This document shows, piece by piece, positions 54,194-64,000 of a stretch of 64,000 nt of DNA (the first letter of the stretch is position 1; each line of letters opens with the position of its first letter). The translations under genes were made by a program, and so were the position numbers. This stretch comes from Diplonema japonicum. Its lineage: Eukaryota; Protista; Euglenozoa: Diplonemea. The stretch lies in contig OZ025684.1 in NCBI GenBank assembly GCA_964019335.1, positions 248,001 through 312,000 on the forward strand. The letters are read 5' to 3'. The notes beneath the pieces are model-generated. The model was not told the origin of the DNA and ran no database searches. It was given only the letters and a program-made list of their open reading frames with translations.

Positions 54194-55270
54194 TCAGTTG
54201 GTGTCCACAGGCTCGTTCTCAGCCACAGGGGCTGAGCCCTTGCTACCACCGCTGGCACCGCTACCACCGGCACCGCCAACAGCAAGAGCCGCACACGCCA
54301 GAAGAACAGCCACACAGCCGATCACAAGGGCGGCGATCGCGATGTTCCTGTCCTCATCGTCGTCGTCGCTCGAGGCAGCATCCTCGAAGGAGCGAACGTT
54401 CCTGGTGTTCAGGAGCTGCACAGGCCTGTTGTTCCCGAAGTACTGGAAGGTGCTGGGCTTCCACCCAAGGTTGTCCGCCACAACCAGCTCCTGGGTGAAC
54501 ATCATGGCGTTCCTGAAGGCGGTCAACTGGGCGTTGCTCACCACACCCACCTCCTGCCTCACGTACCACTTCACACCCTCAGTGCAGGGAGGGGTCGTGA
54601 AGGACCCGTCGTAGGTGTAGAAGCGCCTCGAGGCAAGAAGCCCAGCGAAGTCGAAGCTGGTGGTGGTGGGCTCCGTCTGCTTGTTGTCCGTGTACTCGGC
54701 GGAGGAGTTGGCGTAGTTGTCGAAGCCAGACATCGGGACAGTGGGGAGGCGGTCGAAGAAGCCGAAGTGCTCATTGGGGGCGGACCCTGCGGTGAACAAA
54801 GTCCCCACCACGAGGTACTGGAACTTCTCGTTGGTGTCAGCAGTGTCCGCCAGCGTGTGAACCATGTGCAGCTCGAGGTCGTACAGCCCACCGCCGATCC
54901 CGTGCTCGCTGGGCGAGTGGAAGTGCATCTGCGCAAGGTTGTACCTCTTGTTCCCGTTGTTGGGGTCCAGGAGGTAGTTCCCGTCGTTGTTCGTGGGGAC
55001 CACCTTCACGTTGTGCTGGTTGTTGATGAGGTCGAACCCCAAGGCTGCCGTGTAGTGCATCTCGAGGGGCTTCAGCCCAGAATCAGCGGTCACCCCCTGG
55101 ATGTTGATGGGCGACTGTTCGGTCCCTGTCTTGCACACAGGGTTCGATGACGCGGTGTCCCAGTTCGAGGGACCCCTTGTGTCCACCTCACCGTACAGCC
55201 AGGGCTGCGAGTGGGTCGCTGCGTGCACCGCAGCAAAGCTACCGAGGACAAGGGCGGCTCTGAAGGACAT
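54194..55270 (-). CDS. Alpha-carbonic anhydrase (copy 3)
   Basis: 358-aa ORF with the same motifs. Confidence 0.95.
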   Translation of the reverse strand: MSFRAALVLGSFAAVHAATHSQPWLYGEVDTRGPSNWDTASSNPVCKTGTEQSPINIQGVTADSGLKPLEMHYTAALGFDLINNQHNVKVVPTNNDGNYLLDPNNGNKRYNLAQMHFHSPSEHGIGGGLYDLELHMVHTLADTADTNEKFQYLVVGTLFTAGSAPNEHFGFFDRLPTVPMSGFDNYANSSAEYTDNKQTEPTTTSFDFAGLLASRRFYTYDGSFTTPPCTEGVKWYVRQEVGVVSNAQLTAFRNAMMFTQELVVADNLGWKPSTFQYFGNNRPVQLLNTRNVRSFEDAASSDDDDEDRNIAIAALVIGCVAVLLACAALAVGGAGGSGASGGSKGSAPVAENEPVDTN

Positions 55271-56516
55271 GTTTTTGAAAAGGGATTAAAGTTATTATGC
55301 TGTGATGCGAGGTTGGTGTGGTGTGAAAGAAATAAAAAGAGGTTATTAAGAAGGAGAGGAAGTACCACAAAATCTCGAGAAACCCATCTCTGAAAAGCCA
55401 GCAGTGGGGAGAAAGGCGTTAGCTGTCAGAGCCAGCCATCTCGAGACAGTGGGAAACAAACTGTCGGCTGTCATTTTCATGCGAAACAAAAGATGACCCC
55501 AAGACATTATAAAAATGAAAAAAGAAAGAAAACACGCAAAGGCGCGACTGAGTGCGACATATTCTTTTTCTTCTCCTCTCATTTTCCATTGAAGGAAGGA
55601 AAAGAAATAACCACCCCGAAGCTTGTAGATTAAAAAAAAAAACTGAAGGGTACAACAGGCAGAAGGAAGAATATGTGCAAGCCTAAAATTGTCAGGTTGC
55701 CTGGCATGGCCTGTCACTTCTTTTACCCGACAAGCCCTGATGTTGAAATTTCTTTTTTTTTTTTTCCTTGTGCCCTCCCTATACTTCCAAGAGTGTTTGA
55801 TTGCATAACGAGATCCACTGGTTTTTTCTTTCTTTCTTTTTTTTTTTTTTTTGTGCTTAGCTGTAACGTTCGATAAGAAATGGAAAATAGAAATGGAGCG
55901 AGCAAAAATGGGGGAGGAATAGAGGGGTAACAAATAGCTAGGTGTCCCGCACACCCATTACCACTGTCCCCAGTTGTTTAGACAGTCAAAGACCTGTTGG
56001 CTAAAAAAAAAAAAAAAAAAGAAGAAGAAAAGTTGTGCTCTCCTCCAATTCTTCATGCTTCCAAATATGCTGTTTTAGAGAAACTAGAAATAACAATGGG
56101 AGGGGGAGGGGAAAAAAAAAAAAGAAATATTGTAAAAGGAAAAATTACCGAAAGGAAAAATATAAAAGCCGTAATCCAACATTATCTCTTTTTTTTTGGG
56201 GGGGGACGAACACTTAGTGTACCACAAAAGCCGCCATGCTGTGGACTTTAGATGTCACCAACGATGTCGTGGCAAAAGGGGGGAAACAAATCTTCTACCA
56301 AGAGCCTTTACAAGGTCACTGAATATTTTGGTTCTTGACAAACCCGTAAGCACTGTTTGATTTTTTTTTTTTTTTTTGGCAACTGGTCCACAGCCCAACC
56401 AGGGCTTCCAGACATTTTTCCTTCCGGTGATTTTCCTTTTACAGTAATTCTCAAAAAAAAAAAAAAAATTGATAAATTTCGGTGTGCGGGTGGGTGCTCA
56501 CCGTTCAGGGAGAAAT

Positions 56517-58635
56517 TCACACTAATCGGTCACCGTTCTGCGGTTGCTGTCTGGTGCCTGCGGTGGCTGTTTGTCGCGATGAGATGGACGGCATCTGGGC
56601 GAGAAACATTGCTTGGAGTCGTGCTAGGTAGGGGGCGGTTTGGCTCGAGGAGAAGAGTGTTCTCCTGTCGCAGCCGTGTGTCGTCGGGCCCCCAAGATGT
56701 CGAAGGGTGTGTACCCTTGTCTTTGCGTTGGCGGGGAAAGCATTCTTCCCACTCTTTGCTGTGCATTTCTGAATACGTCCTAAGATGTATCGCATCCTTC
56801 CAGCCTTCTCTGTGAGCCAGTCCTGGTCGTCGAGGGGTCCAGCCAAGGACTGCCGGGTGGCCTGCTCATAGTCTACTGCGAGCTCCATCGTCGTGACGGA
56901 CGTCAACTTCCTGCCTGCGTACCATCTTAGGCTTTTCAGCCACCTGAGGACGCTCTTCATGTAGAACATTAGGACCTTTCCCGACGCTCCGTTCGATTTC
57001 AACAGCTCCACTGTGGGCACAGTGTGCTGCTTCCCCGTTGTGATCCCATCCCACGGGTTGGTGGTGAGGATTCTGGTGCTCCGTTCAGCCGCTCTGGCGT
57101 CTCGTCTTGACACGACATCCAACAGGTATCGTTGCACGACTGCCGCCTGTTGCTTCGCAGCCCCCGTTGCGCCCCTTGGAATGATCCCGTGGAGGGCGGT
57201 CACTGCAGGTAGGTCACTTCGTGTCATCCCGCCATATCTTTCGTTTGTCAGGGCAGCTCTCGCTGGTGCACATTCCCACAGGGCGTGCTCCGTGACTTCT
57301 GTCGTCGTCTGGCATCGATGGTCGCAGACGTCGCACGCAAGAGACGAGCTTTCCACACCCTCACGTTCATCCAATTGCTTCCCCCACACTCGAGGGTGTA
57401 CCGTGAACACTGCACCGCTGATGATCCGCCGCAGTCTGTACGATATCAGCGGTCTCCGTGACTGGAGCTTCCTCCACCAGGCGTTCGTGGACGGACATGC
57501 ACCCGCTTCCATTCCAGCAAAAGACGACCTGCCGTGGATCAATTCCTTTGCAACAGCCGGTCTGATCGCCTGTCTTACTTCATGGCGTCTCGCACTGGGC
57601 ACCAGAGCGCGCAAACCTTCAATGAAGGACCACCCCTTGTTCAGGAAGGGTAGCCACCTCTTCAGCAAGACCCCTAGCGGCCCCCTCTCCTCGTCGTCCT
57701 CTCGCTCCCGGTACAGTGTAACAATCTCATTGACTCGCTGCCACAGTTGTGGGGAGGTGAGGCTTTCTCGCACCAGGCAGTTCACCGTGTTGTAAACTTC
57801 GCTTGTGGATATGCTGTGTGTCCAGGTAACAGCACATTGAGCACAGCCATCGGGGATCTCATCCTGAAGCGCGGTCCCCACAGGGAAGTCACTGTCGCTG
57901 TACAGAGCTTCTTCAGCTGGTTGTCAGACGGCGCAGCGTAGGTCGTACCGTATAGACAGGATGGTAGCACAGTGCCCGTCAGCATTGACGCCTTGTTCCC
58001 GAAGCTTAATGGCAATGCACCAAGCCGGGACAAACGGCCTTCGGCGGAATGTAGCTTGTCCAAACTATGTTTCCCGTTCATGTTCAGGATCACGCCAAGC
58101 GCCTTGATCCCCTTCGTCACTCTGAACGATGAGCCTGTGCACTTCAACCAAGGGCCGATCTCATCCTTCTTCGAGAATGCTTGTGACTTGCTTTCGTTAA
58201 GGCGCATGCCTGTTCGCTCGCAAAACTCGATTGTTTTGTTGGTCGCTCTCTTGAGTACCTCGACCAAACGCGCAAGTAGGTACGCGTCGTCCGCGTACGA
58301 CAGCGATCGCGCAGCCAGGTACCTCAGCAATCACGCACTTCACCATCACTGACACCAGAGCGTTCACCAGGATGACGGAGATTGGACACCCTTGGAGAAT
58401 TCCATTTGTCACGTGGAACTCGGAACCCACGCCAGTAGGGAAGCGGAAACGTCTTTTGAGGCCTGCGTACATCGCTTTGAGCGGGGTCAGTATCCTCTGG
58501 TGCAAACCCAGGTCTTGCATAAGCCCGAACGCTACTTTCTGTGGCACCCTGTCGAAGCACTTGACGAAGTCCAGTGCTATGCCGTTAAGAGGGGTGTTGG
58601 TCAGCATCGCCGTCTCCAGCTGCGTGCTGAGCTCC
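56517..58635 (-). mobile_element. 5'-truncated, frameshifted non-LTR retrotransposon (RT + CCHC-like finger + C-terminal ELAxD[FY]E domain)
   Basis: LDFVKCFDRVP, GILQGCPIS, SYADDAYL and GMRLNESKS are spread over three overlapping ORFs. CDVC...EHALWEC is a zf-RVT-like motif. Confidence 0.93.
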
Positions 58636-59108
58636 AAAAAAGAAAGAAAAGAAGAAGAAAGAAAAAACTCACAGTAAAAGACAATCCCACTTCGAGGACA
58701 GCCTCTTGTGGTGTGAGTTCCTATCTATTAATGCTCCAAAAAAAGAATTGTGTCGTGGTACAAATCTGGGATTAACCCCGTCGAAAAGAAGAGTCGGTTT
58801 ATTGTTGTTTGTGCACAGCCGGGATCTTCAAAGTGTCTTTTAGGCAGGAGCAATTGTACTTCTCGCATTCTAAGAATACACATTCATCTGTCGCCGGAGC
58901 CTTCTCCTCGTGGAGTGGGTACTCCGTTACGGCAAGAAGTTCGAGCTTTTAGCCCTCGAAGGGGATGGGCAACAGACATTCTTTTATTTTTGTTTGTGCA
59001 CAGCCGGGAATAACCCGTAGAAGGATAAGCCCAACAATGCTACCACTACTCTTTTTAGCACTAACAATTCATTATCAATATATTGTTTTTTCTTGTTCAT
59101 GCAAAAAA

Positions 59109-59140
<32 letters not shown>

Positions 59141-59155
59141 AAAAAAAAAGAAAAA

Positions 59156-59797
59156 CAGCGTACACGGTAACTGGTTAACTTTTTTTCCACCCAAGTCTGT
59201 AAGCAGAATTTCCACCACTGTTTATGGTAACCCACAACTTTTTTCCCACCCTCCACGGTACAACCTACAACTTTTTTTCCACTCAAATGGTTTTTTGTAA
59301 ATTTTTTTATTTCCACTAAACCATGTAAGTAAGAACTTTTTTTCCACCGTCCACGGTGGAGGTGTGTGCACTTGGGAAAAACGTGCAGGCGCAGCCAGGG
59401 CTCGGAAAAGACACCAAGAATTTCTCCTGGAAGTTGGCAAGGGCGATTTCCAAAGACGATTTAAAGCCAAAGCCGAGGTATCTGGCTGATGTACTTCTCC
59501 ACCCCTCGCCACCCTGCCTGTGAATATGCAAGCCCCCTGTCGTCACTAAGTCAAGGCCGGCAAGGAGGACCCTCATTACTCAACTGCTGCGCCAGCCACA
59601 ATCGCTCCTCGTGCTGTCCCAGTTGTAGTCCCAGCCTTCAGGGTAGTCACCCACTTCTTAAAAGGTCATTTTTCCTTTTCTTTTGCTATGACATCATGAT
59701 TTGCTCCCCTTGCTACATTTCTTACTTACTGAGGCACAAAAATGTCGGAGGATACCGTGGAAGGTGGAAAAAGGTTATTTGGTTACCGTGAACGTTG
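59156..59797. mobile_element. ~640-bp TIR element with subterminal TTTTTCCAC repeats
   Basis: Left end cagcgtacacggtaactggttaactttttttccacc; reverse complement of the right end caacgttcacggtaaccaaataacctttttccacc. The aacttttttcc(c)ac motif repeats within 59170-59350. No clear TSD. Confidence 0.7.
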
Positions 59798-59829
59798 TTT
59801 TTCCCAAAAAAGAAATTTCACTATGATAG

Positions 59830-60293
59830 GAACGAAGTGGTTAGCAACGGCCCGCCGCGGTGGCGTGCCTACCTTATGATGCTCCCCTTTTGGGGTCGTT
59901 CCCTGCTATCCACCGTAGTGCCTAGCTGTCGTTTATATCTTCCAATCCTTTCTTTCCGGTATTCTTCTCTCAGTCCTTTCAGCTTGGTCGCCGTCAGCCC
60001 CGATGCAAACAGGGCCCTCCTATCAAAGCCAACGACGTGGTCGCGGCCAATGGATCGTATCTCACCTTCTTGCATGACTGCGCCAGAAAAGCGCGTCTCC
60101 TCTTCTCCCTCATCCATGTCGCTTGCAGCGTATCCAGGATCCGCTTGATCCTCACCGCCTTCTTGTCGACGTCAATCGTCGTGTTGATGTTAACCCCCAG
60201 CGTCTTCTTCGTGTAGAACTCGAAGTCAATCGCCAGCTCGATCGCCGACACGGACGTTCCCGCCTCCGCCCACCGCAGCGCAGCCAGCCACAA
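59830..60293 (-). mobile_element. C-terminal fragment of a diverged non-LTR subfamily
   Basis: WLAALRWAEAGTSVSAIELAIDFEFYT...KKAVRIKRIL aligns with WLKSLRWYAGRKLTSVTTMELAVDYEQAT...EKAGRMRYIL. Confidence 0.8.
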
Positions 60294-61141
60294 CCAAAAA
60301 AAAAAAAAAAAACAGGAAAGAAAGACTAGAATCTGTAATTAGTTGTTTCTTTTCAAAGAGCGGTGCTTCGGGATGAAAAAGAAAGATTCAAATGAAGTTC
60401 CAGTGTGCAGGGTAGCGCTTACTATTAAAAAAAGAGAACAAGAACGAGGGCAGCTAAAAAGAATTGCTGCTCCGTCCACTTAGGCCCTCCTGGTTAGGAG
60501 TTCTTAGCAAGAAAAAAAAAAAAAGAAAAAGAGTCAGTTCTTAGTTTTTTGTTTGTGCACACGGTACAAATCCTGAGAGAAGTACTGCATGCTACAACTA
60601 TTCTTTTCTTTTTTTGTTGTCACACAGAAACTGAGCAGAAGAAATAGGGAGAGGAAGAAGAAAAAAGAAGAAAAAAAATTGAAGAAGCCGTTCGCACCTG
60701 GGCCATGATTTGCTTACTTAAATGTGATTACGATATCATGGCTAAGATAGCTTGTTTTCTTTTCTATTATCTTTCCTCTTTTTTCTCTCTTTTTTTTTTT
60801 TTTTTTTTTTTTTTTTGCGTTTCTTTTCCTTTTGTTGGACCTTCGTATAAATTCGTTTTATTTTTCTTTCTTTCTTTCCCCCCCCCCCTTTCCTTTACGT
60901 GTTATTAATAATTAGTTCCATTAGTTCCACTAGTTCTAGGTTGGCCATATCTCTAAAGCTCAACAAGGCTTCAGGGATGATGACCTTCCTTTCCTTTAAA
61001 CAATCATTATAGCCACATCTCCTAGCTAAAGGAGCAACGGCCACGAGGGGAGAGGAACAAAAATATTAAGGTTAACCCGAGAGAGGAGCCCCAAGAAAAT
61101 TAGTAAAGCGATAAAACAGAATAGGTAGATGGGGCCCTACC

Positions 61142-63685
61142 CTAGTTCACGAGGGGGTGGTCCTTGCCAAGGGGCTCTATGAGTGCTGGGCTGCCTTTTG
61201 CCTTCTGCAGCCTATCGCGGTAGAGCTTCACGACAGAGGAGTCATCAGCGTAGCCCTCGAGCTCCTTGATGGCGCCCTCCACGTCGCCTGCCATCATGAG
61301 GGAGTAGCTGTTGTTGTACTTGGTGTTGGGGTCCCCTCTGGCCCCCTCCGCGAGCTGGTACATCCACTCCATGTTCTCGTGCTCCTTCTGCTTCATCACC
61401 TCGTAGACCATGAGGGTCCTCTCACAGTGCTTCGGGAACCAGACGTGCTGCAGGGACCTCACGTAGGCGACGTTCGTGACCTCCTCGTGCATCACCTTGT
61501 CGATCGCGATGTCCGCACCCCCCATCCGCCCCACCCGCTCCACAATGTGCACCCACGACGCCAGCGACCCGATGAACGAGTACTTCTTCATCCCCTCGCA
61601 CCCCATGTGCCCGCACTTCACTTCCCCCGAGACTATCCCGATCGAGAACCTCTTCCCGAGCGTCGTGTCCCCTGCGATCCCCCGCCCGCAGGTGTACGCC
61701 GCTATCCGATGTGACGAGCAAGGCCTCGCACCGTTGAACGACGCGTACAATCGGTCACCGCTGAAGCTGTCGGGGATCCCCTTTGTTGTCTTCACCATGA
61801 GCAAGGACATCGCGAGGTAGGTGTGTATGTTTGACAGGATGTCCGAAGTCTTCTTGTTCCCTGTATCCTGCAGAAAGGACACCACATTGCAGGCAAGCAG
61901 CGTCACCTTCTTCTGCTTTACATCTGAGCCGAGCAAGGCGTGCTTCCCTGCTATGATCATTGATGTCGACACGCCTGACGAGATGGAAGAATGCCTGAAG
62001 GACACACTCAGGTGGCTCGTGTTCCCATGCGGAGAGCCTGCCTCCGTGTTGTACTCATCCCCGTCGTCTGAGTCGCTTGTCTGAAGGACAGAGGCGGGCA
62101 TGTAGTTCCTGTACTCCACAAGGTTTTGGATCATCTGGAGGAAGCTGACTTGCATGAGGCGAACCTCTTGAAGGGAGCTCAGAGGGCGTTGCATGTTGAC
62201 CCCCTCCAACCGCATCACTGCCACCATCGCCATCTCCTTCTCCAGCACGAGAAGAGGGTCGATGATCTTCAGCATGAAGACAACAGCCACCACAATGAGG
62301 GCCATGCCCGCAACAGTGATGACCACGTACAGGATGGCGCGCGACACGGCAAGGTCGTCGTCCACCTTGTCCTCAGCGGCCCGGATCTCCTTCTGCGTCT
62401 CTGCCACCTTCGTGTCGATGCTGCCCAGGATGTACGCCCTGTCGATCACAATGTGCACGTACCAGTCGATCCCGTGCTTGTCAGCCATCTTCCCCACTCT
62501 GTAAAAGAACTCCTCCCCCTCCGGTGCGAGGTCAGTCGTGATGTTTAAAGTGGTGAGGTTCTTCGTTGTTGACAGCGTCTCGATGTCAAGGTTTGACTTC
62601 GCTTGGTGCCCGACACTGCGGATGATAGGGTCGGGGCTGTCCTCAAGCTTCAGCGCATGCAGGGCACCGGTGGTGTCGCGGTCGATGACAGCTCCATGCG
62701 AGGCACCTACGAGGCTTCCGATGGACGTGGGATCCAGCCAGGTGGACCGGACGGTGACGAAGACCCGACTATTGGAGGAGATGTTCAATTTGGAGAGGAA
62801 ACTGCTGACATGACGTAGGTCGGCACCTGATGAGACGAACCCAGTGCGGAGGCCGTTGTGGTAAACGGGAGTAAGGCAGGTGACGACCACAATGTCATTG
62901 TTGATGCTCACGGGCGAGGTCCACATGCTGGACCCAAGAGGAACAAAAGCAGCAGCATCGAAGAGCGAATTGTCAAGCGGCTCAGCAAGGTACTTGTCAG
63001 CACAGGGCTCGTTGGGGACAGCTCCGTTCGTGGACAACGCCGACCGCCTGCACGTAGCGATATCACGGTTGACATCTACTGACGGGTCCGTCACGAGTGC
63101 GGGCAACCCTGTTCCATAAGAGGCACTGGCAGTAAAGGTCATGTTGCGCCCGCCATGAGGATGGTCGTCCCCGTAGTTGTACAAGCCTTCTATTGAGTGG
63201 TATGATGTTGGCGGGCGTTCTATTGTCTGTGTGTCCTCATACACAATGACAACGAGCCTGTTCTTCAGGAAGACACCGATGCCGGTGCACCCTTCGTCCT
63301 TCAGGTAGTTCATGGACCAGAATATTCTTGCGATCGACGACTGATGCCATCCCCAGGTTTTTACGTCGTCCCAGTTGTTGAAGGTCAGCTCGTCAGCGAG
63401 CATCATACCAGCTGTTCTCTGAGGTAGCAGGAAGTGGAACATGTGATCGATGGTCTCACTTTGTAGGACTTCCATGTACTCTGTTGTCCTGTTGCGCACG
63501 CTGTCAGAGCCCACTGTGAAGGCCGTGTTCACAGACGCATCGCGGGACTGCTTGATATCGTCCAGAGCAGCATCGCTGCTTGTCACTGCAAGGAACGAGC
63601 TCACAAAAGCCGTCACAACAACACACAGCAGCACGAGAGATATGCTCAGCACCTTGATGCTCATCATGAGGCTTGTGCTCGTCAT
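61142..63685 (-). CDS. Two-TM receptor: large extracellular (Cache-like) domain, HAMP-like linker, degenerate cyclase domain, EWMY motif
   Basis: Likely start is MTSTS at 63685. TM1 is near the N-terminus, followed by a ~420-aa ectodomain (WTSPV..., IDWYVHIVID) and TM2. Then HAMP-like PLLVLEKEMAMVAVM..SSLQEVRLMQVSFLQMIQNL, linker EYRNYMPASVL, cyclase-like KGIPDSFSGDRLYASFNG...GEVKCGHMG..YSFIG, and NMEWMYQL. Confidence 0.88.
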   Translation of the reverse strand: MTSTSLMMSIKVLSISLVLLCVVVTAFVSSFLAVTSSDAALDDIKQSRDASVNTAFTVGSDSVRNRTTEYMEVLQSETIDHMFHFLLPQRTAGMMLADELTFNNWDDVKTWGWHQSSIARIFWSMNYLKDEGCTGIGVFLKNRLVVIVYEDTQTIERPPTSYHSIEGLYNYGDDHPHGGRNMTFTASASYGTGLPALVTDPSVDVNRDIATCRRSALSTNGAVPNEPCADKYLAEPLDNSLFDAAAFVPLGSSMWTSPVSINNDIVVVTCLTPVYHNGLRTGFVSSGADLRHVSSFLSKLNISSNSRVFVTVRSTWLDPTSIGSLVGASHGAVIDRDTTGALHALKLEDSPDPIIRSVGHQAKSNLDIETLSTTKNLTTLNITTDLAPEGEEFFYRVGKMADKHGIDWYVHIVIDRAYILGSIDTKVAETQKEIRAAEDKVDDDLAVSRAILYVVITVAGMALIVVAVVFMLKIIDPLLVLEKEMAMVAVMRLEGVNMQRPLSSLQEVRLMQVSFLQMIQNLVEYRNYMPASVLQTSDSDDGDEYNTEAGSPHGNTSHLSVSFRHSSISSGVSTSMIIAGKHALLGSDVKQKKVTLLACNVVSFLQDTGNKKTSDILSNIHTYLAMSLLMVKTTKGIPDSFSGDRLYASFNGARPCSSHRIAAYTCGRGIAGDTTLGKRFSIGIVSGEVKCGHMGCEGMKKYSFIGSLASWVHIVERVGRMGGADIAIDKVMHEEVTNVAYVRSLQHVWFPKHCERTLMVYEVMKQKEHENMEWMYQLAEGARGDPNTKYNNSYSLMMAGDVEGAIKELEGYADDSSVVKLYRDRLQKAKGSPALIEPLGKDHPLVN

Positions 63686-64000
63686 TGACGGAAAAAAAAA
63701 AAAAGAACCTTTCTCCCCCATTATTTAATTTTCAAATGTTGCGTACGTTGCAAAGAAAGAAGAAAAAAAAAAAAGAAAATAGACAAACAGAGAAATGTTT
63801 CACTAGAGTCCAATCGCCTTTGTTGTGAAGACTTAAAAAGAGCACGCGATTTCTTTTGAACAAAGAAGAGAGGAAGAACAGAAGGGAGGGGGGCCGGGGG
63901 TTTAGTAATATCGTCCCTTTCAACCCTCACAAGGTCAGTGGGGGCGGGGGAGATACAAAACGGACAGAAGAAAAAAAAAAGGGAGGAGGGGGAAAGGGAG

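Larger units (their letters stand above)
49580..55330. repeat. Near-perfect ~2.34-kb tandem repeat (about 2.5 units) carrying the carbonic anhydrase gene
   Basis: Offsets of 2341-2342 bp between matching ORFs. Spacers 50588-51850 and 52930-54190 appear identical apart from homopolymer length. Confidence 0.93.

Noticed and set aside
59360-59660. GC-rich interior of the 59156-59797 TIR element as a gene
   Set aside because: No frame gives a recognisable or sustained protein.

Overview
Eukaryotic (protist) DNA. Seventeen apparently intronless host protein genes lie head-to-tail on the minus strand, separated by spacers rich in poly(A), poly(T) and poly(G). This layout and the gene families suggest a euglenozoan, probably a diplonemid (inference). 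Host genes: an ankyrin + C-terminal F-box protein running off the window start (missed by the ORF track), a small CCCH-type Zn-finger protein, four membrane proteins with class III cyclase or pseudo-cyclase domains, six tandem ferric-reductase genes, a Cys-rich type I surface protein, an STE-type kinase fused to a degenerate kinesin-like motor domain, an arylsulfatase and three tandem alpha-carbonic anhydrases. The most striking gene is an ammonium transporter (Amt) fused to a catalytically degenerate cyclase domain. It shares a 'Y-x-x-[YF]-[LM]-P' linker with the other three cyclase-domain genes and a weaker 'EW(MY)' module with two of them, which suggests a modular receptor/pseudo-cyclase signalling family. 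The spacers are full of mobile DNA: a TTAA-flanked piggyBac with a captured fragment, an ATAT-flanked GAG..CTC TIR element plus its MITE, a Crypton-like tyrosine-recombinase relic, a decayed non-LTR retrotransposon with scattered 3' fragments, and several short palindromic repeat families. All calls come from manual reading and motif recognition; no database searches were run.
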